Part shown: positions 19,599-29,110 of the stretch, one piece after another
Layout: each line of letters begins with the position of its first letter
Position numbering within the stretch: the first letter of the stretch is position 1
Program-made: the position numbers and the translations under genes
Source: Phycisphaerae bacterium
GTDB lineage: Bacteria > Planctomycetota > Phycisphaerae > UBA1845 > Fen-1342
DNA: 64,000 nt
NCBI GenBank assembly: GCA_963675745.2
Contig: CAXXWX010000027.1
Coordinates: 177,985 to 241,984 of the forward strand
Direction: 5' to 3'
The notes under the pieces: generated by a model
The model's database searches: none
The model's input: the letters and a program-made list of their open reading frames with translations, nothing else
What the model was told of the DNA's origin: nothing

Positions 19599-21194
19599 TC
19601 AATCAAACCGATGCACGATCGTCCGCACCAACGGCTGGTCCAGACGCCCGCGCGGGTCGATCGCCCGCACCGTGATCCGGATCGCGTACGGCCACATGCG
19701 GATGTCGCGGTTGGACAGCCGCGGGCCACTGGCATCGTCGGCAAGCTGCGGGTTGATCCTCGCAAAATCAAACACGCCGGTACTGCTGTAGCGCAAGTTG
19801 TCGCCACCCTCGGGCTGCGATGGCTCCGTCGCCACCAGCTCACGGTTCTCCGCCGTGTCCGGCACGAATACATACGTACAGCCGTCCTCGACTTCCATCC
19901 AGCGCAGCGGATCGTAACGCTTGGTGTAATCGTCCTCATCGGCCGGCGTCGGATCGTCATAGCGCAAACCGTTGCGCGGGTCTTCCGGCATCAGGAACTC
20001 GACCTGAAACCACACACAGCCCGGCAGCATCTGCAAGCCGACATTGCTGGCCAATTCCAACGGCGGGTTTTCAATCACCGTGGCAACGTGGCGATCTTCG
20101 AGCGCGCCACTGGCGTTCGCATAGAGCAGCTCGGTGATCAGCCTGACATCGTTCGGCGGCCACTCGGTGTTGTTATCTTCATCGAGAAACGTGTACGGCC
20201 GATACAGCGCCAACTGCTCGTTGGTGTTCTCACTGAACGTGAACTGGCGCAGGTAATACGGGAAATCGAGCGTGCCGACATCGCCGGCGTAGTCTTCATC
20301 GTCGCTGTGGCAACGCACGATCGCGGCGATCTCGTTGCCATCGTAGAACGACACGGCGTCCGCGGGAGTCGCGGTCTGGTCTTTCTCGATGATCGTCGCC
20401 CGCCGCGCCAGGTGCCATCGTGACGCGGGAATCGAGCTGATCTCGTCGCCGCGGTCGTCCTCGCCCCAGATGTGATCGAGGTCGTTGGCGAAGCTCGCGC
20501 CGTTGGCCATATCAAAGGCGGCGTGGCCGTACACGATCTGCACCGGTGAGAACCTGGCGCCGGCCAGATACGCGGGGTCGCGCAACACCTCGTCCGCCCG
20601 CGGGTTCAACGGCGGCGCCTGCGACGGCAGGGCGCGCTGCGTGAAGAACATCATGATGTCGGCCCGCGGGTCGCTGTATTCTTCGCGCCCGCTGGAGTTG
20701 TCGTCGGGAGGATCGAACTCCGGATCGAAGTTGCCCCCGTTGGCTTCGTTGATGTCGCCGACCAGCTCCCGGTAATAGCGCCGGGCCTGGAGGTCATCTT
20801 CGGACAGCGCCGCCGGCACCTCGCGGCCGACCAGCACGAGCACGCTGTGAGCCGGGTCGCACTTCTCCAGGTCGGCCTTGATCTCGTCGCCGAACTGCCG
20901 CAGCCACTGCTGCGTCTCGGACAGAGCGGCGGCCTGCGAAGCGGTCTTGGTGGTGACGGAAAACACCACGCCGATGGTGGCCAGCGCCACGCTCATGACG
21001 GCGAGCGAAACCAGCAACTCGACCAACGTAAACGCCCGCCGTGTGCCACTGCACTTGAGCAGTGCGGGTGCCCCACCCCTTGAGGTGGGGGACTGATCGG
21101 CGTGCGCAGGCACACCGACACTCAACGGCCGATGGGGGCGTCGGCCGCTACGGGCCCCACCAACCACCAGGATGTGCCACGCATTCCGGATCAT
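19599..21194 (-). CDS. Prepilin-type N-terminal cleavage/methylation protein (PilW/GspJ-like, 531 aa)
   Basis: RRA|FTLVELLVSLAVM; start overlaps the upstream stop (ATGA); C-terminal WPYAIRITV. Confidence 0.85.
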   Translation of the reverse strand: MIRNAWHILVVGGARSGRRPHRPLSVGVPAHADQSPTSRGGAPALLKCSGTRRAFTLVELLVSLAVMSVALATIGVVFSVTTKTASQAAALSETQQWLRQFGDEIKADLEKCDPAHSVLVLVGREVPAALSEDDLQARRYYRELVGDINEANGGNFDPEFDPPDDNSSGREEYSDPRADIMMFFTQRALPSQAPPLNPRADEVLRDPAYLAGARFSPVQIVYGHAAFDMANGASFANDLDHIWGEDDRGDEISSIPASRWHLARRATIIEKDQTATPADAVSFYDGNEIAAIVRCHSDDEDYAGDVGTLDFPYYLRQFTFSENTNEQLALYRPYTFLDEDNNTEWPPNDVRLITELLYANASGALEDRHVATVIENPPLELASNVGLQMLPGCVWFQVEFLMPEDPRNGLRYDDPTPADEDDYTKRYDPLRWMEVEDGCTYVFVPDTAENRELVATEPSQPEGGDNLRYSSTGVFDFARINPQLADDASGPRLSNRDIRMWPYAIRITVRAIDPRGRLDQPLVRTIVHRFD

Positions 21195-22642
21195 TCGACC
21201 TCACTCAGACGCATCGTTCGGCGGCCAATCGACAGAATCGGCGAGCGGCCCTCAAACACCGGCTGCCCATCCCCGTCACGTTCCGTAAACGACGGCGGAA
21301 TGACCCACACGGGCCAGTAACCAGGACGGTCGGCTACATTGCTCACAAGATCCGGATCGACCCAGGGGTAGAATCCGGGATTCTCGACGATCAACTCATA
21401 TCCGTCATCGGTCGGCTTGCTCTCGATGACCCGGTAAATCGGCAGCGAATCGGGTGCCGCGGGCACGAACCCAGACACCTGCGTGGCTCCCGCCGCCGAC
21501 GAGGGTGAATAGCCGTTGGTAGCCGGCAGGAACACACTGCCCTTCGGCAATAAGCGGCCCACCTCATCTTTACACCTGAACGCCAGCGTGGGACGCTCGG
21601 TGAAATTCTCGGTCAGAATCGGGCGGTTCGGATCGCTCAACTCGTAGTCCGGCGTGCTGCCCGTGTCATCCAGCCAATCGAATTCGGTGAACGTCACCAG
21701 CACGGGAACCGGCAGCAAAGCCTCTTCCTCGCCAAACTGGGGATCGTTTGGTTCCCAGTCTTCGTCCTGATCCACCAGCGGGAAGCTGTGTTGCAACGTG
21801 GGGCGCTGCACGGCCACGACGACAAACTCGTAGAGGCTCGGATCGGCCGCCGGGAGATACGACGCGCGCCGATAGAAGGCCACCCAGCCCACGCGGCGCT
21901 CGAGCACCTTGAGCGTTTCGGTGCCGTCGTCATTGTCGGCCGACTTGCCGCCCGGCCAGCGAACTGGCTGACGTTCGTCCGGGTCGTCCAAGAAGTCTTG
22001 CCAGGTCGGGCGCTTGTCGGCTGTCACCGCGGGAAAGACGCAGTCGAACGTACCCACCGCCGGTGGCAGGAGGCCTACGCCATCCGGGTAAATCTGTGCC
22101 TGCGCAAACACCTCTTCCGTTCTGTTCTCTATACCAGGCACCTCACAGGCCGTGTGCACCTGGTGCTCGATCATCTGGCCGACGTCAGCAATCGTCTGAC
22201 CAACCTCCAGCTTATCACCACCGCTGCCCGTCTCGGCCGTCGACAGGCCGGCTGTCACCAGCGGACGCACCTTGATCCACGGCTCCCACGGCCGCTCGCC
22301 GCTAGCATCTTCGGCGAGCGCGCCGCTGCCCGCGCGCGGACGGAAGAGGCTGTCGCGCTGCGGTGCTTCAACAGGGTTATCCGCATTGTCCTTCGGCAAC
22401 CGCAAACGCATCTCAATCGAGTCCAGCGCATACTCCACCGCGGCGTCACCGACGGCGGCTTCGCTGGTTTCGCGCGTCTTCATGACGGCGATCGGCAGGG
22501 CCGCCCCGATGATCAGCAGGCCGATGCCGAGAATCGTCAGCGCGATCATCATCTCGGCCAGGCTGAACGCCCGTGAAACACGGCTCACGAAGCCGTGGGA
22601 CACGACAGCGCTCTCAGTCTGAATGTGCCGCACTCTACACAT
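21191..22642 (-). CDS. Prepilin-type protein (PilV/GspI-like, 483 aa)
   Basis: SRA|FSLAEMMIALTILGIGLL. Confidence 0.85.
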   Translation of the reverse strand: MCRVRHIQTESAVVSHGFVSRVSRAFSLAEMMIALTILGIGLLIIGAALPIAVMKTRETSEAAVGDAAVEYALDSIEMRLRLPKDNADNPVEAPQRDSLFRPRAGSGALAEDASGERPWEPWIKVRPLVTAGLSTAETGSGGDKLEVGQTIADVGQMIEHQVHTACEVPGIENRTEEVFAQAQIYPDGVGLLPPAVGTFDCVFPAVTADKRPTWQDFLDDPDERQPVRWPGGKSADNDDGTETLKVLERRVGWVAFYRRASYLPAADPSLYEFVVVAVQRPTLQHSFPLVDQDEDWEPNDPQFGEEEALLPVPVLVTFTEFDWLDDTGSTPDYELSDPNRPILTENFTERPTLAFRCKDEVGRLLPKGSVFLPATNGYSPSSAAGATQVSGFVPAAPDSLPIYRVIESKPTDDGYELIVENPGFYPWVDPDLVSNVADRPGYWPVWVIPPSFTERDGDGQPVFEGRSPILSIGRRTMRLSEVE

Positions 22643-22647
22643 GGCTC

Positions 22648-23640
22648 CTATTCCGTCTGTTCCGTCACGCCTTCGACCAGCAATGCCCCGCGCGGGTGTA
22701 CAAAGTACGCCCGCCCGTCGCTCTTCAGAAAATCAGCCCGCATCTCGGCATCCGCCTCTGTGCCGAGCTTTTTGAAACCGTCACGGCTGTACAACACCAA
22801 ACCGCTCGACGAATACCGCCGCAACTCGGCGAACTCGACCTTGTCGGGTCGCGTGAAATCGGCGGCGTAGAGTGGGCGCTGATAGTCGTCCAGCCTGTCA
22901 GTACTGATGTCAGGCTGCCGCGGGCCGGGCAGCAGGCCTTGTTCCGGATCGAAGATCAGCAGGAAATCGTCGGCATTGAGAAAATCGTCGGCATAGTCGA
23001 ATTCGCCATCATCGTCCTGCGTGGCGAACTCGCCGATGGTGCCGTCGAGCAGGCGCTCCTGCGCGCCGCTTTCTGTGAACGTCACGCTTTCAAGCGGGGC
23101 CGCCCACACATCGCCGGGCAACTCCGCGGCCGGCGTGTCGGGCCGCGCTTCGAAGCGCTCGCTGTAGTCGATTGTGAAGCCACCACTTTCCCACTTCTGC
23201 GAGCTACCCACCCAGCGGTAAAGCACCAGCCGCTGCCGACCGACAGTCGGCGACTGGGTTCCGCTCTCATCCTGCTCCCAGGCGCCGGCGACCACGCGCA
23301 CGGCGATCTTGTTGTTGTCCTCAATGGCGGCGTACTTGGCCCGCGTCAGCATCCCGTTGATCGTCTGAAGCGCCTCGGTGTAGTGGGCGTCGCGGCTCAT
23401 CCCGCTCAGCCCCGGCATGGCGATCGCCAGCACGATCCCGATCACCGCGATGACCACGATCAGCTCGACCAGCGTGAACCCGCCCTTATGGCGGGCCGGC
23501 CTCCGGCCGGTCATGGCGAACATCGGACTCCGCACCGAGTGGCCAGAACCCGCGCGCAAACTCCTGTGGCACCGGTTTTCAACCGGTGAGTTCCACAGGC
23601 TACAAGCCTGTGCCACAGCCTCGCGATAGGTCCTACTCAT
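22648..23640 (-). CDS. Prepilin-type protein (FimT/GspH-like); start at 23640 or 23523
   Basis: HKGG|FTLVELIVVIAVIGIVLAIAMP; LTRAKYAAI. Confidence 0.85.
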   Translation of the reverse strand: MSRTYREAVAQACSLWNSPVENRCHRSLRAGSGHSVRSPMFAMTGRRPARHKGGFTLVELIVVIAVIGIVLAIAMPGLSGMSRDAHYTEALQTINGMLTRAKYAAIEDNNKIAVRVVAGAWEQDESGTQSPTVGRQRLVLYRWVGSSQKWESGGFTIDYSERFEARPDTPAAELPGDVWAAPLESVTFTESGAQERLLDGTIGEFATQDDDGEFDYADDFLNADDFLLIFDPEQGLLPGPRQPDISTDRLDDYQRPLYAADFTRPDKVEFAELRRYSSSGLVLYSRDGFKKLGTEADAEMRADFLKSDGRAYFVHPRGALLVEGVTEQTE

Positions 23641-24616
23641 CACCCGTACCATCCCACTGCGGCAGATAGCCGATGTCGGTCACATGCTCCGGCACGGCGC
23701 GCACCCAGCCGCCGTCCGTCGGCTCCGGACTACTCGGCAACTCGCCGTCTTCATCGACCTTCGCCTGCGGCGACGGCAATTCGCTGCTCCAGATCCACTT
23801 GTCCGCCGGGGCGTTGCCGTTGGCGATCTGCTCGGGCTTCACGCCGCGCGACATGAGCACCGGCCGCCGATCGGTCACGACCCACTGCCCGGCTCCCGAC
23901 CCCGTGGGCTTCAATTCGATCTTCACATACAGCAGATACTCAAACGGCACGCCCCAAGCGTCGTAAAAGCCCAGCACGGGCGTGCGATTGGCGGAGTCTC
24001 TTTCGTCCCCGGTGTTGATGAACTCACCTTCCGGGAAGTCATCAGGATCTTCGACCGGCAACGGCCGAATGTTGGCCGGCGGGAACGCCGACAGACTGTC
24101 CCGGGCATACGTCGTGAGGTAGGCGAACAGCGCCCGATTGGCATTGTGAGCCGCCGCGTTACCATCCTGCGAAATCTTCAGCTTGTCCTCGTCGTTGTGT
24201 TCATCCACATCGCTGAGAAAATCACGCGCCAGACGCTTCAGCAGCGTTGTGCTGCTGCCATCCGGCGGGTCCGGCTCAAGCACATTGGTGACCGTGTCAC
24301 CCGACGCGCCGTAGCCGGCAAGTTGATAAGGCGGATACGGCCCGAAGGTCTTCTTGGCCACATCGCTTTGATCGTATGTCCGGCGCAGTGGATTCGCCGC
24401 CGCGAACTCGTCGATCGTGGCGAGCAGACTGGTCTCAAGCGCCTGCGTCAGCGAGATTTTCTGTTGCCCCAAGACATGCGTGGACACAGTCACGAGCAGG
24501 CCGATCAGAATACCGATGACGATGATTACGACCAGCAGCTCCACCATGGTGAAGCCCCGTGCCGGCGAGTGCCTCTTCGCAGACTGCGTCATCATCGCGC
24601 CGTACACCCCCATCAT
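23633..24616 (-). CDS. Prepilin-type protein (type II secretion pseudopilin-like)
   Basis: ARG|FTMVELLVVIIVIGILIGLL; DAWGVPFEY; ATGA overlap with the upstream gene. Confidence 0.85.
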   Translation of the reverse strand: MMGVYGAMMTQSAKRHSPARGFTMVELLVVIIVIGILIGLLVTVSTHVLGQQKISLTQALETSLLATIDEFAAANPLRRTYDQSDVAKKTFGPYPPYQLAGYGASGDTVTNVLEPDPPDGSSTTLLKRLARDFLSDVDEHNDEDKLKISQDGNAAAHNANRALFAYLTTYARDSLSAFPPANIRPLPVEDPDDFPEGEFINTGDERDSANRTPVLGFYDAWGVPFEYLLYVKIELKPTGSGAGQWVVTDRRPVLMSRGVKPEQIANGNAPADKWIWSSELPSPQAKVDEDGELPSSPEPTDGGWVRAVPEHVTDIGYLPQWDGTGDE

Positions 24617-25752
24617 TTGCTGCCGTTCGGTTTGAAATTGGTGACATCGTCGGGCGTGCCATAGCGCATATCGACGCCGGGACTGATCAGCAGGTACGAA
24701 TCCGGCCGTTGCGGGGTGAGCTTTGCACGAATGTTGGTGTCAACGATGAACCGCGCAAAGGTGCCGTGAAAGTCCGAGCCCATGACGCCGTCGATGTCCT
24801 CGCCATCGGTGCTTCTGTGGTCGAGCATGTGCTCCCCGGCGGAGGACTTGAGCCTGATAGTCCGGTGCCGGCGCTCATCGTTGTCGACCAGCACGCCGTT
24901 ATCCACCCAGTGGTAGATGCCGCGGTCGCGGCGGGCGTCCGAGTCGTCCGGGTCAGGCAGGTCGCCGTCACTGGTCCAGTCCACAAGTCGGCGACCGGCC
25001 GGATCGGCACGGTAGTAGAGGATCGGATAGCCGAAACCGTCAAGGAACATGGGATAGCTGCGGGCCACCTCTTCGTGCTCTTTGGCGCGCTCTTCAGCCT
25101 TGATCACAAACGCGGTGTGCGCGGAGCGCACCTCGTTGTAGTGGCTGTCGTCCAGGCGCGAGTCTCTTTCGCCGATGCTGTCGCTGGTGCGCACCTTGGA
25201 CAGATCGACATACAGGCCGCCGCGCGGGTGCATTGGCTCGCCGGTGTCGGGCGTGCCGGACTTACCGTCGTTCATCGCGTAGGCGCCACCCTCAGCCGCG
25301 CCGCCAAAGACGCCCCGCTTGGTACGGTGTGTGTCCTCGGCCCAGTAGTCCGATCCGGAAACGAACGTCTTGTAGCCCGGACACCCGAGGAAGTCGGCGC
25401 CGACCATTGACCAGACCAGCAGGCCGGCCCCCGGCATCTCGGGGATGTAGTTGCTGCTGGAATCGCCGCCGTCGTGATAGGGATTCGCCACGGCCCCGGC
25501 GTCACCATCGTCACTCGGGAAATCAGCGCGTGATGGCGGCAGCGCCCCGCCGATACGCGACTCCGCCATGAAGGCCGCCAGCCCCGTCTCGATTGCGGCC
25601 AGCGCCGTCTCTGACGCCGTGCGCCTGGCCTGGTTCCGCACGATGCTGGTGGCGGGCACGAGAATGCCGATCAGCAACGCGATGATCGCAATCACCGCCA
25701 GCAGCTCGACCAGCGTAAAGCCGCGGTTGTCTCTCTTACGCAGATACTTCAT
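24613..25752 (-). CDS. Prepilin-type protein (GspG-like)
   Basis: MKYLRKRDNRG|FTLVELLAVIAIIALL; LDGFGYPILYY; YLLISPGVDMRYGTPDDVTN. Confidence 0.85.
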   Translation of the reverse strand: MKYLRKRDNRGFTLVELLAVIAIIALLIGILVPATSIVRNQARRTASETALAAIETGLAAFMAESRIGGALPPSRADFPSDDGDAGAVANPYHDGGDSSSNYIPEMPGAGLLVWSMVGADFLGCPGYKTFVSGSDYWAEDTHRTKRGVFGGAAEGGAYAMNDGKSGTPDTGEPMHPRGGLYVDLSKVRTSDSIGERDSRLDDSHYNEVRSAHTAFVIKAEERAKEHEEVARSYPMFLDGFGYPILYYRADPAGRRLVDWTSDGDLPDPDDSDARRDRGIYHWVDNGVLVDNDERRHRTIRLKSSAGEHMLDHRSTDGEDIDGVMGSDFHGTFARFIVDTNIRAKLTPQRPDSYLLISPGVDMRYGTPDDVTNFKPNGSK

Positions 25753-25800
25753 TGTCAAATCTCCGTGACTCGTGCCAACTTGCGGCCAGCAACCTCGCAC

Positions 25801-27063
25801 TCAACCGGACAACGTCTGAATGAGCTGCACGAGCGGCAGGAACAGGGCCAACACAATGAAACCGACAATCAAACCCAGCACGACGACCATGATCGGTTCG
25901 AGCAGGCTGACCAGGGCCGCCACGAGCGTATCGACCTCGTCGTCGTAGTTGTCGGCGACCTTCATGAGCATCTTGTCGAGCTCACCGGTCTCCTCACCGA
26001 CATCGACCATGTTCACCACGATCGAGTCGACGCAGCGTGAATCTCGCAGCGGGTTGGCAAACGTGTCACCCTCGCGAATCGAGTCGTGGACCGCACCCAA
26101 CATGTTGCGGTAGACCTCGTTGGACGTGGTGTCGCGCGTGATCTTGATCCCCTCCAAAATCGGCACGCCCGCCGCGATCAGCGTGCCCAGCGTACGCGTA
26201 AAACGTGCGATGCCCGACTTCGCCACAATCTGTCCGGCCACCGGCACCTTGAGCATGACGATGTCAAAGACCAGACGGCCGATCCGGGATGACCGTACCA
26301 GTTTCAGCACCGCGAAGATGATGAGCGGCGACAGAACCACGATGATCCAACCGGGCGGCGTTCCGGTTGCAAACCAGCTCGAAACGCTGATCAGCATGAC
26401 CGTGGGCGCCGGCAGCTTGGCCCCGAAGTCCTGGAAGATCTCCTTAAACTTCGGAACCACCTGGACCATGATGAACGTAACAATGGCGGCGGCGATCACG
26501 ATCACGACCGACGGGTAGATCATCGCACCCGTGATCTTGGCCTTCAGCTTCTGGGCCTTCTCCATGAACTCCGCCAGACGCTGGAGAATGACGTCCAAAA
26601 CACCGCCAGCCTCGCCCGCCGCCACCATGTTGCAGTACAAACGATCAAACGCGTTCGGATGGCGGGCCATGGCCTCGGAAAGCGTCGCCCCACCCTCGAC
26701 GTCATCGCAGACTTCCTTCAGACAGCGCCTCAGCATGCCCGGCTTCTGCTGCTGCTCGAGGATTCGGATACTGCGCAGGATCGGCAGACCCGCGTCCTGA
26801 AGCGTCGAGAGCTGGCGCGTGAACGCGGTTAGCTGTTTGGTCTTCACCCAGCCAAAACCGGTCCCGGCGGCCTTTTTCCGCGACGCCCCACCGGCTGCCT
26901 TGCGCGCCGCAATCTTCTTTTTATCTACTTTCTCAGCGATCTTCGTCGGGAAGTATCCCAGGCTCCGGACCTTCGCGACAGCCTCTTCTTTGGTCGGCGC
27001 TTCGATCTCGGCCTTGACCTCCTGGCCGGAGGAATTGAGCGCCTGGTAGTTAAAGACAGCCAT
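25801..27063 (-). CDS. pilC: Type IV pilus / T2SS platform protein PilC/GspF
   Basis: FTRQLSTLQDAGLPIL, MVAAGEAGGVLD, AMIYP, VGEETGELDKML, LLEP. Confidence 0.95.
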   Translation of the reverse strand: MAVFNYQALNSSGQEVKAEIEAPTKEEAVAKVRSLGYFPTKIAEKVDKKKIAARKAAGGASRKKAAGTGFGWVKTKQLTAFTRQLSTLQDAGLPILRSIRILEQQQKPGMLRRCLKEVCDDVEGGATLSEAMARHPNAFDRLYCNMVAAGEAGGVLDVILQRLAEFMEKAQKLKAKITGAMIYPSVVIVIAAAIVTFIMVQVVPKFKEIFQDFGAKLPAPTVMLISVSSWFATGTPPGWIIVVLSPLIIFAVLKLVRSSRIGRLVFDIVMLKVPVAGQIVAKSGIARFTRTLGTLIAAGVPILEGIKITRDTTSNEVYRNMLGAVHDSIREGDTFANPLRDSRCVDSIVVNMVDVGEETGELDKMLMKVADNYDDEVDTLVAALVSLLEPIMVVVLGLIVGFIVLALFLPLVQLIQTLSG

Positions 27064-27242
27064 CGGCCACACTCCAAAACACTGCTGAATAAAGACTTAC
27101 GACGAGAACCGCAACCGCGCGCCGCCCGGTAGCGTACCCATCGCCATATGAACAGTCACCACATTATCACCGTGCCCAGGTGACACGACAAACTTCGGGA
27201 AAGGAGCGCGCCGATCCGGCCAACCACGTGGACAAGTCTGTG

Positions 27243-28997
27243 TTATTCGCCAGTCTCCGCCAGCGTCTCCTTAACCACCTCTTCGATCGTAGTTATCCCA
27301 TCGAATATGCACAAGAGCCCCGACTCACGCAGCGCGCGCATGCCACGCTTGCGCGCCTCGACGCGCAGCAAAGCGGCCGAGGCGTGCTTCATGATCAGGT
27401 CGCGCAGCTCGTCATCCATGACCATGATCTCGAAGATCGCCGTCCGGCCGCGATAGCCCGTGTTGTTACAATAATCACAACCACGGCCGTAATAGAACGT
27501 CCGCCCGGCCACGTCTTCTGGTGTGAGCCCGACCTGCATGAGCTGCTGCTCGTTGGGCTCGTATTCCTCCTTGCAGTTCTCGCAGATTCGGCGTACGAGC
27601 CGCTGGGCGACGATGGCGTCCAGCGTCGCGGTCAGGAGGAATGGCTCCATGCCTAGATCCAACAGACGGGCGATCGAGCTGGGGGCATCGTTGGTGTGAA
27701 GGGTCGAGAAAACCAGGTGGCCGGTAAGTGAAGCCTGGACAGAGATTTGCGCTGTTTCCAGGTCACGAATCTCGCCGACCAGGATGATATCGGGGTCTTG
27801 CCGCAGGAAACTCCGCAGGCAGCGGGCGAATGTCAGCCCAATATCCTGCCGAATCTGGCACTGGATCATCCCGTCGATGTCGTACTCGACCGGGTCCTCG
27901 CTGGTCAGGATCTTCACTTCCGTCTTGTTCAGCTCACGCAGGGCTGAGTACAACGTCGTCGTCTTTCCCGACCCCGTCGGACCGGTGACGATGATGATGC
28001 CGTGTGGTTTGCTGATCAACTGGCGGACCACGCTCAGATCATCTTCGCGCAACCCGACTTGTCCCAGATCCAGGTTCACCTGCGTGCGGTCAAGCACGCG
28101 GAGCACCACGCTTTCGCCAAACATCGTCGGCAGTACGCTGACACGCAAATCAACCGGGCGCCGCTCGACCAATAGCTCGATACGCCCATCCTGCGGCACG
28201 CGGCGCTCGGCGATGTCCAGGTCGGCCATGACCTTGATACGCGAAGCGATCGCCATCGCCACGTACTTGGGCGGCGGCACCATTTCGAACAGCACGCCGT
28301 CGATGCGATAACGCATCTTGAATTCGTCCTCGAACGGCTCGAAATGGATATCCGAAGCCTTGTCGCGGATGGCCTGCAACAGCACCAGGTTGACCAGCTT
28401 CTTGACCGGGCTGCTCTCGGCCATTTCGCGCAGCTCGTCGAGGTCGATGCTCTCACCCCGGCCCTCGAACTTCTGGAGTTCCTCGTCGTCCCCCAATTCG
28501 CCGATGAGGTCGTTGATCGTCTCGGCCGCCTCCTCGGGGTAGTAACGATTAAGCGCCTCGTTCATGTCGTCAGAGGTGGTGATCCGCGCGACGACGTTGT
28601 AACCCATCAGACGTCTGAGATCGTCGGTGGCCTGGAAGTTGTCCGGGCTGTCCAGTGCCACGCCCAGCGTATTGCTCTCGCGATCGTACTCGGTGGGCAT
28701 GATGCGGTATGTGTGGGCCATCTGGTTGGGCACCAGGTCGATGACGGAGCGGTCGATGTCGATGTCGGCGACAGTGATGGAGTCCATGCCGACCTGGGCC
28801 GCCAGAGCGAGATGAACCTCGGCCTCCTCGATATAGCCCATCTCGATCAGCAACTGACCAAGCGGGCCGCGTTTCTTGCGTTGCAGCTCGAGGGCTTCTG
28901 ACACCTGAGCACGCGTCAGCTTGCCCATTTTGATGAGAATACGGCCGAGTGGGCGGCCTTTTAGCTGCGTGAGAGCCTGCTTGCGATCCGAGGCCAT
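27243..28997 (-). CDS. pilB: Type IV pilus assembly ATPase PilB/GspE
   Basis: MshEN-like PLGRILI/PLGQLLI; ASDIHFEP; Walker A GPTGSGKTTT; LRQDPDIILVGEIRD; two CxxC zinc pairs. Confidence 0.95.
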   Translation of the reverse strand: MASDRKQALTQLKGRPLGRILIKMGKLTRAQVSEALELQRKKRGPLGQLLIEMGYIEEAEVHLALAAQVGMDSITVADIDIDRSVIDLVPNQMAHTYRIMPTEYDRESNTLGVALDSPDNFQATDDLRRLMGYNVVARITTSDDMNEALNRYYPEEAAETINDLIGELGDDEELQKFEGRGESIDLDELREMAESSPVKKLVNLVLLQAIRDKASDIHFEPFEDEFKMRYRIDGVLFEMVPPPKYVAMAIASRIKVMADLDIAERRVPQDGRIELLVERRPVDLRVSVLPTMFGESVVLRVLDRTQVNLDLGQVGLREDDLSVVRQLISKPHGIIIVTGPTGSGKTTTLYSALRELNKTEVKILTSEDPVEYDIDGMIQCQIRQDIGLTFARCLRSFLRQDPDIILVGEIRDLETAQISVQASLTGHLVFSTLHTNDAPSSIARLLDLGMEPFLLTATLDAIVAQRLVRRICENCKEEYEPNEQQLMQVGLTPEDVAGRTFYYGRGCDYCNNTGYRGRTAIFEIMVMDDELRDLIMKHASAALLRVEARKRGMRALRESGLLCIFDGITTIEEVVKETLAETGE

Positions 28998-29110
28998 TGA
29001 CTACTCCTTATCTCGAAGCGATGCATAATAACGGCTCTGGCGGGCAGCGCATACGCCAACCATCCACGGCCTCCGGATAGTTGGGGACGCGCGCCGGTTT
29101 CATCCGGCGA

